DNA from: an uncultured Clostridia bacterium
GTDB lineage: Bacteria > Bacillota > Clostridia > Lachnospirales > Lachnospiraceae
NCBI GenBank assembly: GCA_946405675.1
Contig: CAMJIC010000001.1
Coordinates: forward strand, 1 to 41,975
DNA length: 41,975 nucleotides
Reading direction: 5' to 3'
Shown: one piece after another, positions 17,065 to 25,038 of the stretch
Numbering within the stretch: position 1 is the first letter of the stretch
Layout: each line of letters begins with the position of its first letter
The notes under the pieces: model-generated
Seen by the model: only the letters and a program-made list of their open reading frames with translations
Told to the model about the DNA's origin: nothing
Database searches by the model: none
Made by a program: the position numbers and the translations under genes

Positions 17065-18927
17065 TCACGGTTTTAATGTGTAGTCCCACCGCGCAAGGGA
17101 GAAATTCGGATTGTAGTACGGATCTCCCTTTTCATAATACTCCGCCCAACGCTCCCGCATCAGGGCAGCCTCCTGCCTGTAACGGGCAGCATTGTTCTTC
17201 GTATACTCATCCCCCCGGCTGGCCGACTCATAGTGGATAGCCTGCGCAAAGGGATCATAGACCACCAGAAGGTTCTCTTCGCGGATCTTCAGGCAAAGAT
17301 CCACATCGTTGAACGCGACCGCAAGTTCCTCATCGAAACCGCCCACCTTTTCAAAAACGCTTCTCCTGACCATCATCATGGCGGCCGTCACGGCACTCAG
17401 ATCCTGCATCAGAGACGCCTTGTGCAGATAGCCGGAAAACGCGCCGTTCATTCCGGTAAACAGGGAGCCCGCCACCTGGCCGATCCCAACCACGATCCCC
17501 GCAGACTGGATCCTGCCATCCGGGAAAAGGAGCTTTGGTCCTGCCGCGCCCACCTCCGGGCGCTCACATACGCCCAGAAGCTCTTCCAGCCAGCCTTCCC
17601 CGACCTCCACGTCATTATTCAGAAAAACAAGGTACTCTCCCTTTGCCGCCCGGGCGCCGAAATTATTGATCGCAGAAAAGTTGAAGGAAGGCTCTCCTGC
17701 GCGGCTTTTCCAGCGCAGCACCCGGATTCCCCGGCTCCTCAGCTTCCTGTACAGGCTAAGAATCCCACCGGAAGAAGAATTGTTCTCAACGACGATGATC
17801 TCATAGTCCGGATACTTTGTCCGCTCACAGATTGCCGCAATACAGCGTTCCAGCATATCTGACGACTCTTTGTTTGGTATGATGATGGACACCTTCGGCC
17901 TTCGCGCCAGCGGATAGCGGATCCGGTAAAAGCCATGATCCTTGGTCTGGCTCACCTCGCCTCTTTGCCCATTTCTTGCAAGGTGCTCCTCCAGTGCCCG
18001 CTTTCCCGACTCATACGCGTACCGCTTACTGTCCGGATTGTCGGCCGTAGACATCTCATGGGTTCTCCAGTGATAGAGAACCCGGGGGATATGGCCGATC
18101 CTGCCTGCCGGGATCCGGTCTGCCAGGCGCAGGATAAATTCATAGTCCTGTGCGCCGTCAAACGCTTCCGAAAGCCCCCCCGTCTCTTCCACGAGCGATC
18201 TGCGTACCATCAGGAAATGGCAGATATAATTGTTCGACCTGAGCAGATCCAGGTTAAACTGCGGCTTCAGATGGGGCTGAAAGTGCTCCGGCAGGCCGTC
18301 CGCGTCGTCACGGATCTTATCTTCATCTGTATAGATCAGATCGACTTCTTGCGAACGGATCAGCTTCCATGCCTCATACAGCGCATCCGGGGCGATCAGG
18401 TCATCGTGGTCCATAAAGCAGACAAATGTGCCGCGCGCAGCAGACAACGCTTCATTGGTATTGGCCGCGATCCCCCTGTTCTCCTTCAGATTCAGTACCC
18501 GGAGACGGCTGTCCCTGGAAGACCGCTCCTCCAGGATGCTCCCCATCGCCGCATCCTCCGGACTCGCATTCGCAACCACCAGCTCCAGGTCTCCAAACAC
18601 CTGGCCCAGCACACAGTCAAGAAGCTCCTTCAGATAGCGCTCAGGCGTTCTCCAGGCAGGCACAACCACAGAAAACAGCGGAGTACATTCCTCCTGCTCC
18701 TGCGCTTTTGCGCCATTCCCATACGCGCGCAATACCTCAGCGCGCTCCAGTGCCAGCACATCCGGTCCTGCCTTGTGCTTCTCATACCAGGGGCCGTAGG
18801 GAACCTCCTCCGGGGCAAGCCTTTCCTGCACGCGAATCAGGAAGTCCTTCAGTCCATAATGTCTCAGGTACCGAACAGCCTTCCTTACATAATACGGTTT
18901 CAGTTTTTGAAGCAGTGATCTGCTCAT
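17065..18927 (-). CDS. Two-domain GT2 glycosyltransferase
   Basis: Domain 1: FSVVVPAW, FMDHDD, YTDEDK, GAQDY. Domain 2: VSIIIPNK, FLNNDVE, AFNDVDLCL. C-terminus DPYYNPNF. Confidence 0.92.
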   Translation of the reverse strand: MSRSLLQKLKPYYVRKAVRYLRHYGLKDFLIRVQERLAPEEVPYGPWYEKHKAGPDVLALERAEVLRAYGNGAKAQEQEECTPLFSVVVPAWRTPERYLKELLDCVLGQVFGDLELVVANASPEDAAMGSILEERSSRDSRLRVLNLKENRGIAANTNEALSAARGTFVCFMDHDDLIAPDALYEAWKLIRSQEVDLIYTDEDKIRDDADGLPEHFQPHLKPQFNLDLLRSNNYICHFLMVRRSLVEETGGLSEAFDGAQDYEFILRLADRIPAGRIGHIPRVLYHWRTHEMSTADNPDSKRYAYESGKRALEEHLARNGQRGEVSQTKDHGFYRIRYPLARRPKVSIIIPNKESSDMLERCIAAICERTKYPDYEIIVVENNSSSGGILSLYRKLRSRGIRVLRWKSRAGEPSFNFSAINNFGARAAKGEYLVFLNNDVEVGEGWLEELLGVCERPEVGAAGPKLLFPDGRIQSAGIVVGIGQVAGSLFTGMNGAFSGYLHKASLMQDLSAVTAAMMMVRRSVFEKVGGFDEELAVAFNDVDLCLKIREENLLVVYDPFAQAIHYESASRGDEYTKNNAARYRQEAALMRERWAEYYEKGDPYYNPNFSLARWDYTLKP

Positions 18928-18928
18928 A

Positions 18929-20062
18929 TTATTTCCAGCCCGGATACTCCAGGATGCTCCTGGCCGTATGCTCCATCTCCGCGTCCGTCAGGTTATAAAA
19001 CAGCGGAAGCCGCATCAACCGTTCTGACTCTTTCGTCGTATACACATCCTCGCCATGGAACCGTCCGAATCTCTTCCCGGCCTTTGATGAGTGCAGCGGA
19101 ATATAGTGGAACACAGACATCACGTCCTTCTGCCTCAGATAACTGATCAGCTGCGTCCTCACTTCAAGGTTCTTCACCTTGATATAATACATATGCGCAT
19201 TGTGCGTGGCATAATCCGGCACAAATGGCTGCTCGATCAGGCCTGCATCCGCCAGCGGTCTGAGTGCTTCATGATAATAATTCCATATCGCAAGGCGCCT
19301 GTCGTTGATCTTGTCAAAGACCTCCAGCTGGGCACACAGATAAGCAACGTTCAGCTCGCTGGGAAGATAAGAGGAACCATATCCGACCCAGCTATATTTA
19401 TCGATCTGTCCACGGAAGAACTTGCTGCGGTCCGTTCCCTTCTCCCTGACGATCTCTGCACGCTCCTGGTCTTCATCCCTGTGGAACACCAGAGCGCCGC
19501 CTTCTCCCATGGAGTAATTCTTGGTCTCGTGAAAGCTGTAGCAGCCATAATCGCCGATCGTCCCAAGTGCCCTTCCTTTATAGTACGCATTGACACCCTG
19601 CGCGGCATCTTCCACGACCTTCAGCCCATGTTTCGCGGCAATCTCAAGAATCGCATCCATATCGCAGGCAATTCCCGCGTAATGTACCGGACAGATCACC
19701 TTCGTGCGCGGCGTGACAGCCTCCTCGATCCTGACCGGATCGATATTCATGGTTCTGGGTTCGATGTCAACAAAAACGATCTTTGCCCCCCGCAGCACGA
19801 ACGCATCCGCCGTGGAAACAAAGGTATAGGAAGGCATGATCACCTCATCGCCCGGCTCCAGGTCACAGAGCCAGCTCGCCATCTCCAGCGCGGAGGTGCA
19901 GGATGTGGTCAGATAGCAATGGGGAACGTCAAAACGTCTGCTCAGCCATTCGGAAGCATATTTGGTAAAAGGTCCGTCCCCGCACAGCTTCCCATTCTCA
20001 AGTGCCTTCTGGAAATACCCGGCCTCGGTGCCGATCACCGGAGGTCTGTTAAAGTCTATCAT
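18929..20062 (-). CDS. wecE: dTDP-4-amino-4,6-dideoxygalactose transaminase
   Basis: LCGDGPFT, TTSCTSALEM, PSYTFVSTA, EDAAQG, SFHETKNYSMGEGG, REKGTDRSKFFRGQIDKYSW, GSSYLPSEL. Confidence 0.9.
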   Translation of the reverse strand: MIDFNRPPVIGTEAGYFQKALENGKLCGDGPFTKYASEWLSRRFDVPHCYLTTSCTSALEMASWLCDLEPGDEVIMPSYTFVSTADAFVLRGAKIVFVDIEPRTMNIDPVRIEEAVTPRTKVICPVHYAGIACDMDAILEIAAKHGLKVVEDAAQGVNAYYKGRALGTIGDYGCYSFHETKNYSMGEGGALVFHRDEDQERAEIVREKGTDRSKFFRGQIDKYSWVGYGSSYLPSELNVAYLCAQLEVFDKINDRRLAIWNYYHEALRPLADAGLIEQPFVPDYATHNAHMYYIKVKNLEVRTQLISYLRQKDVMSVFHYIPLHSSKAGKRFGRFHGEDVYTTKESERLMRLPLFYNLTDAEMEHTARSILEYPGWK

Positions 20063-20091
20063 TCCGATCCCTTCTTTCAGTCAGAATATGG

Positions 20092-20123
20092 GCAATTATT
20101 CAGAACCTGTCCTGAACAATTAC
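20092..20123. repeat. 32-bp palindromic MITE derivative
   Basis: GCAATTATTCAGAACCTGTCCTGAACAATTAC. Confidence 0.7.
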
Positions 20124-20138
20124 AAAAGCGGCAACGGT

Positions 20139-20519
20139 TCACAGAGAAAAAATAACGATACCCGCCAGCATAATCACAATTCCCAGCACCCTTCTCGCAG
20201 ACAGCTTCTCTTTCAACACCAGCACACCGATCACAGGCACAAAGATGTAGCTCAGCGGCTCTATGATCGGAGAATACGTCAGCGGAACGTACTTCAACGC
20301 ATACATCGTCAGGAAGGTCGACAGGAAGAAGATCGCATATGCCGTGACCACCATAGGATTCAGGTACTCCTTGATCCTGCTCTCATGCTCCTTGTTCGCT
20401 TCCGCCTTCAGCATGACCTGCGCAATGGATGAGATCAGGACAGAGATGATCCATACGATGATATACTTTTCCAGCCCCCGGAACATCGAAAACCCGCCGG
20501 CAAGAAGCGCCATCTTCAT
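20139..20519 (-). CDS. Small 4-TM SMR/EamA-like protein (ArnE/ArnF-like)
   Basis: ISSIAQVMLK, EYLNP, LSYIFV, LKEKLS...LGIVIMLAGI; ATGA overlap with the upstream partner gene. Confidence 0.8.
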   Translation of the reverse strand: MKMALLAGGFSMFRGLEKYIIVWIISVLISSIAQVMLKAEANKEHESRIKEYLNPMVVTAYAIFFLSTFLTMYALKYVPLTYSPIIEPLSYIFVPVIGVLVLKEKLSARRVLGIVIMLAGIVIFSL

Positions 20520-20974
20520 GCTTTGACCTCCGTCTTTTCCCCGCTGTTTCCTGACAGTCCGCCGCCAGACCTAGGGATGTCCTCCCCCTTTTGAGAAGAA
20601 TTTCCTGTGTCAGATACCCCAACCATAATACCGATCAGGATGACCACAGACCCCAGGATCATCTTCCAGCTCAGCTGCTCCCGGAAAATGGTCACTCCCC
20701 AGATCAGTCCCCAGATAATCGTGATGGGTTTATTCGTAAACGCAAAGGTCAGGGACATATGCTTGAGGATCTGCTGCCACGCAACCGCAAAGGCCATGGT
20801 GATCACCAGCATCACGCCGTACCAGAACACAAAACCGAAGGAGAGAAAAGGATGCCGTCCTGCAAGCTTGGAAGCTGTACCTGCGAGAGAATTCACAACA
20901 AGGCTCAGATGAAGCAGGATAAACCACTTCAGCGGCACCTCCCCCACAAATCTCGCTCTCTTCCCACCGCTCAC
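20516..20974 (-). CDS. Small 4-TM SMR/EamA-like protein, partner subunit
   Basis: WQQILKHMSLTFAFTNK, IFREQLSWKMILG; GTG start with AAGGAGG RBS. Confidence 0.8.
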   Translation of the reverse strand: MSGGKRARFVGEVPLKWFILLHLSLVVNSLAGTASKLAGRHPFLSFGFVFWYGVMLVITMAFAVAWQQILKHMSLTFAFTNKPITIIWGLIWGVTIFREQLSWKMILGSVVILIGIMVGVSDTGNSSQKGEDIPRSGGGLSGNSGEKTEVKA

Positions 20975-21024
20975 GTACGGTTCCTCCTTCCGCCATCTCT
21001 TTGCCAGGACATAATTGACAAGTC

Positions 21025-21053
21025 AGTATAGCATGGAAATCCCGCCCCTGCAA
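21025..21053 (-). promoter_or_regulatory. sigma70 promoter for the SMR-wecE-glycan genes
   Basis: TTGCAG-17 nt-TATACT with extended -10 TG. Confidence 0.65.
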
Positions 21054-21102
21054 GGGAGCAAATTTGATGAGCGCAAAACCAGCCGGGATTTACATCCATG
21101 TA

Positions 21103-21954
21103 TCAATCCCTGTACTCCTCCAGGAAGGAATGCGCAGCGAGATCCTTCTTCCATGCAATCACCCGGTCAAGGTTCACATTTTCCGCGCTCTTGAACAGAT
21201 TCGCTTCCACATAGGGATTGGTCTTTCGCAAGATTCTGATCAGCTGCTTGGTTTCCGCCCGTTTGGAAACGCTGGTTCCATCCTCTGAAACACTGCTGCA
21301 GTTTTCCGTAAAATGGCACGCGCATCGGAGGAATGTAAGGTTCATCTTCTTTGTCCAGTCGATGATATCCTCCTCGCGGATCAGATACATGGGGCGGATC
21401 AGCTCCATCCCCTCAAAGTTGGTGCTGTGCAGCTTCGGCATCATGGTCTGATACTGGCCTGCCCAGAGCATGCTCATCAGGATGGTTTCGATCACATCAT
21501 CATAATGATGGCCCAGGGCAATCTTGTTGCATCCCAGATCCTTTGCGTACCGGTAGAGATAGCCTCTGCGCATGCGCGCGCACAGATAACAGGGATTCTT
21601 CGGAATATGGTCCACCGCGTCAAAGATCCGGCTTTCAAAGATCCGGATGGGAAGCAGCAGTTTTTTTGCATTCTCCTCGATCAGTGCCCGGTTTTCCGGA
21701 GCATACCCCGGATCCATGACGACAAACTCCAGGCCAAACCTGAATTTTCCATGACGCATCAGGATCTGGAACAGCTTGGCCATCAGCATGGAATCCTTCC
21801 CGCCGGAGATGCATACCGCAACCTGATCTCCCGGGCAAAGCAGTTCATAACGGCTTACCGCCCTCGTAAAGGGACTCACCAGCTTTTCATGAAAACGGCG
21901 GTCCTTCTGAAGGCTGCGCTCGATCTCATCGATCCCGGTAAACTGTTGCTTCAT
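21103..21954 (-). CDS. ttcA: tRNA 2-thiocytidine biosynthesis TtcA-family protein
   Basis: PP-loop SGGKDS, CYLCARMRRG, IALGHHYDDVIET, LIRPMY, C-terminal Cys cluster. Confidence 0.8.
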   Translation of the reverse strand: MKQQFTGIDEIERSLQKDRRFHEKLVSPFTRAVSRYELLCPGDQVAVCISGGKDSMLMAKLFQILMRHGKFRFGLEFVVMDPGYAPENRALIEENAKKLLLPIRIFESRIFDAVDHIPKNPCYLCARMRRGYLYRYAKDLGCNKIALGHHYDDVIETILMSMLWAGQYQTMMPKLHSTNFEGMELIRPMYLIREEDIIDWTKKMNLTFLRCACHFTENCSSVSEDGTSVSKRAETKQLIRILRKTNPYVEANLFKSAENVNLDRVIAWKKDLAAHSFLEEYRD

Positions 21955-21966
21955 ATCATTTCTCCT

Positions 21967-22863
21967 TCAAAGAAGCTCAGAGTGGTTCTTCAGGAAACGG
22001 ATAAATTCTTTCCTGAGGGGAGATGGGATATCGCCCTTCCTCTGGAGAATGTAAAACTGGCGGACCGCGGTCCCGGGGGGAAGATGGAAGCTCAGAACCC
22101 GCTTTGCTTCAACAAATTCCATGGCCGCCCTGGAGGAAAGGAAGGAGATCCCTACACCGCCTGCCACCATGTTTTTGATGGCCTCCTGATCATTGATCCG
22201 CGCAACCACATGCAAAGAGGACTGGTCGATCTTCTCTCCTGCCAGGTAACGGTCCGCCGCTTTCAGACTCCCGCTCCCCTCTTCCCTGAGAATGATCGGC
22301 TGGTCAAGAAGCTCCCGTACGCTAGCATGCCGCTCCTTCATTTCCAGGTAATAACGGCTGACAGGGGTGATCAGAACCATCTCGTCCGAGCAAAACGGTT
22401 CCGCCTCCAATGCCTCGCTCTCAGGGCTTCTCCCGGTAAGCCCCAGGTCAAACAAGCCTTCCAGCACACCGCGTTCCGTCCCTGCGCTGTCACTTTGATG
22501 GATAGAAAAATAGACCTCCGGATGCTCTTTCCCGAACTGTTTGAGAACCGAAGGCAGGATATACGCTGAAGGGATGGTGGAAGCGCTGATGGAAAGGATA
22601 CTGTGGCCCTTCCCGGAACAGTTTGCATACATTTTCTCCCGAAGCGCAAGGATATCCTCCGCATAGGAAGCAAGCTCCTCGCCCAGCGCAGTGATCTCGA
22701 TCCTCCGGGTAGTCCGCATCACAAGCCTTGTTCCCAGCTCTTCCTCCAGCTGTCGGATGTGCTGGCTGACCGTCGGCTGTGAGAGAAACAGGTTCTCCGC
22801 TGCATCGGTGAAGCTCCCTGTCCTTACAACCTCTACAAACGTTCTCAGATGCTTGAATTCCAT
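21967..22863 (-). CDS. LysR-family transcriptional regulator
   Basis: GSFTDAAENLFLSQPTVSQHIRQLEEELG helix-turn-helix; ASTIP; REEGSG (CysL-like substrate domain). Confidence 0.93.
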   Translation of the reverse strand: MEFKHLRTFVEVVRTGSFTDAAENLFLSQPTVSQHIRQLEEELGTRLVMRTTRRIEITALGEELASYAEDILALREKMYANCSGKGHSILSISASTIPSAYILPSVLKQFGKEHPEVYFSIHQSDSAGTERGVLEGLFDLGLTGRSPESEALEAEPFCSDEMVLITPVSRYYLEMKERHASVRELLDQPIILREEGSGSLKAADRYLAGEKIDQSSLHVVARINDQEAIKNMVAGGVGISFLSSRAAMEFVEAKRVLSFHLPPGTAVRQFYILQRKGDIPSPLRKEFIRFLKNHSELL

Positions 22864-22865
22864 AG

Positions 22866-23231
22866 TCAGGCTTGAATCTGTTTCATCTTGGAAATGGTCT
22901 GGTCAAACTGGCTGCAGATCTCCTTCACCTGCCTGAACAGCTCTTCATCCGATACCGCAAGCGTGCTGCCCGGACGCAGCGGCTCCAGGGCGCTTCCCGC
23001 CTTCACGGCCAGAGAGGTCAGCCCAAGGTTTGCGCAGACACCTTTCATGGCGTGCAATGCTTCAAACATCCCCTTCCGGTCTTTCTTCTCCCATGCCGCC
23101 TGAAGAAGGCTGCGGGATGGGTCTTCCGCAAGCTTGGGAAGATAGCGGAGGATCATCTTATCCATCATCAGAATCTTCTTTGCCGCCGCGTAGTCACCGC
23201 CGACTTCCTCATAAAACTCCTGAACCGTCAT
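22866..23231 (-). CDS. Stand-alone Hpt phosphotransfer protein
   Basis: LHAMKGVCANLG matches the HxLKGxxxNLG motif; ATGA overlap with the REC-EAL gene. Confidence 0.88.
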   Translation of the reverse strand: MTVQEFYEEVGGDYAAAKKILMMDKMILRYLPKLAEDPSRSLLQAAWEKKDRKGMFEALHAMKGVCANLGLTSLAVKAGSALEPLRPGSTLAVSDEELFRQVKEICSQFDQTISKMKQIQA

Positions 23232-24922
23232 CGCAATGCCCCTTTCATCATCTCTTCAAATGCTTCCGCCGGAACCGGAGGCGAAAAATAATATCCCTGG
23301 ATATACTCACATCCGATCTTCTTCAGAAGCTCCAGCTGCACGGCATCCTCCACGCCTTCCGCGATCATCGGTATGTCCAGCATTCTTGCAATGTCATGGA
23401 CGATCTCGATAAACCGGTATTCCCTTGAATCTTCCCTTGAAAGCCTCCGGACAAACATCATATCCATCTTCAGCACGTCCACAGGCAGCGTGGACAGCAT
23501 GTTCAGAGAAGAGTATCCGGCCCCGAAGTCATCCATTTCGATCCGGAATCCCATCGAACGAAGGTGATCCGTCACTTCCTGCATCAGCCTGGCATCTTCC
23601 ATATATGCGGATTCTGTCAGTTCCAGGTGAAGCTCCTCCGGCCTGATCCCGTAGGTATCCACCAGCCTGTTCAGTTTTTCCTCCAGGCCGGGCATATGGA
23701 TGTCCATGGACGAGACATTCACTGATACAGTGATGGGGAACCTTGTTCCGAACTGTTCCCTCCATTTCTGGAGCTGCCTTGCCGATTCTTCCCAAACATA
23801 TAAGTCTACACGCCCGATCAGGCCATTCTGCTCAAAAAGCGGAATGAAATCCCCCGGGGGGATCATGCCGAATTCCGGATGCTGCCACCGCACCAGGGCT
23901 TCCGCACCGCTCAGGACAGGGGTATCTTTGGTAATATCGTACTTCGGCTGGTAATAGACCTTCAGTTCATGCTCCGCGACCGCGCGGGGGAGATCATTGA
24001 TCAGACGCTGCCGGTATAGCTGTTTTTCATGCATGACGCTGTCATAGACCACAAGCTCCCCGTTATGATCCTGATGCACCATGGCGCAGGCCGCCTCCGC
24101 GCAGCTGAACCTGCGACGCACATCCATTTCACTCCGTTCGATATCACACATCCCTGCGTCCAGGCGAAGGTCCATATGCTCCCTGAGGGTATTCAACTCC
24201 TGCTGCAGTCTCCGGATCTGTTCCAGTCCGACACACCCTCTCCGCAAAAACAGGTAATAGGTATCCTCCGATGCCCTTGCACAGATCCCCTGGGCCGCCT
24301 TCGCATTCTCCATCAGATGCTGCGCCAGCGCGCGGGAGACACTGTCCAGAAACTCCTGTCCGTACAACTCCCTGAGCAGGCGGTAGCGGCTGATGCGCAG
24401 CGCGAACTCCGTCATCCGCCAGTCCGGATGGAACCGTTCGATCTGTTCCGCATAGGAAAAGAAAAACTCTTTCGTGTAAAGCCCTGTCCGCGGATCGCAC
24501 TCCGCCGCATGGATCAGGCGGCGTCCCTCGGCCAACTCTACAAAACTCCTCACACGTGCCAGGATAATCTCGTGGGACTCAAATGGTTTCGGGATAAAGC
24601 CGGAAGCGCCTCGTCCCAATGCTTCCAATTCTGCAGTCTTCTCAGCGGTCAGAACCAGGATCGGGATCCGCGCAAGTTCTTCATCCGCCTTCATCACGTC
24701 CATCACCGCGAATCCATCCATCTCAGGCATCACCAGATCCAGCAATACCGCAGACAGCATATCCTTGTGAAGCATGACCTGATCGATCGCCTCTCTTCCG
24801 CCATCAGCGTAGATCAGGTCAAATTCATTCCCAAGAATCGTCCCCAGCAGATCCTGGTTGATCTTCTGGTCATCCACAACCAGAAGCAACCTTCTTAAAT
24901 GTAATCTTTCCTCAGGAATCAT
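23228..24922 (-). CDS. Response regulator c-di-GMP phosphodiesterase (REC - degenerate GGDEF - EAL)
   Basis: REC LVVDD/LLDLVMP/KP; GGDEF replaced by SEDTY; EAL domain YQPK, EALVRW, ELTE, DDFGAGYSSL, KMD, AEGVE, IQGYYFS. Confidence 0.92.
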   Translation of the reverse strand: MIPEERLHLRRLLLVVDDQKINQDLLGTILGNEFDLIYADGGREAIDQVMLHKDMLSAVLLDLVMPEMDGFAVMDVMKADEELARIPILVLTAEKTAELEALGRGASGFIPKPFESHEIILARVRSFVELAEGRRLIHAAECDPRTGLYTKEFFFSYAEQIERFHPDWRMTEFALRISRYRLLRELYGQEFLDSVSRALAQHLMENAKAAQGICARASEDTYYLFLRRGCVGLEQIRRLQQELNTLREHMDLRLDAGMCDIERSEMDVRRRFSCAEAACAMVHQDHNGELVVYDSVMHEKQLYRQRLINDLPRAVAEHELKVYYQPKYDITKDTPVLSGAEALVRWQHPEFGMIPPGDFIPLFEQNGLIGRVDLYVWEESARQLQKWREQFGTRFPITVSVNVSSMDIHMPGLEEKLNRLVDTYGIRPEELHLELTESAYMEDARLMQEVTDHLRSMGFRIEMDDFGAGYSSLNMLSTLPVDVLKMDMMFVRRLSREDSREYRFIEIVHDIARMLDIPMIAEGVEDAVQLELLKKIGCEYIQGYYFSPPVPAEAFEEMMKGALR

Positions 24923-25038
24923 TTCAGCACCCCTTTTATTCAGACGGCCTGCCGCATTTTGTTTCGAGTCACACCTCCGCCACCGGGCCGGCCTGTGTGC
25001 ACGGCCCCTGTCAGAAGCATGTTTTGTAGCCTTTCACA

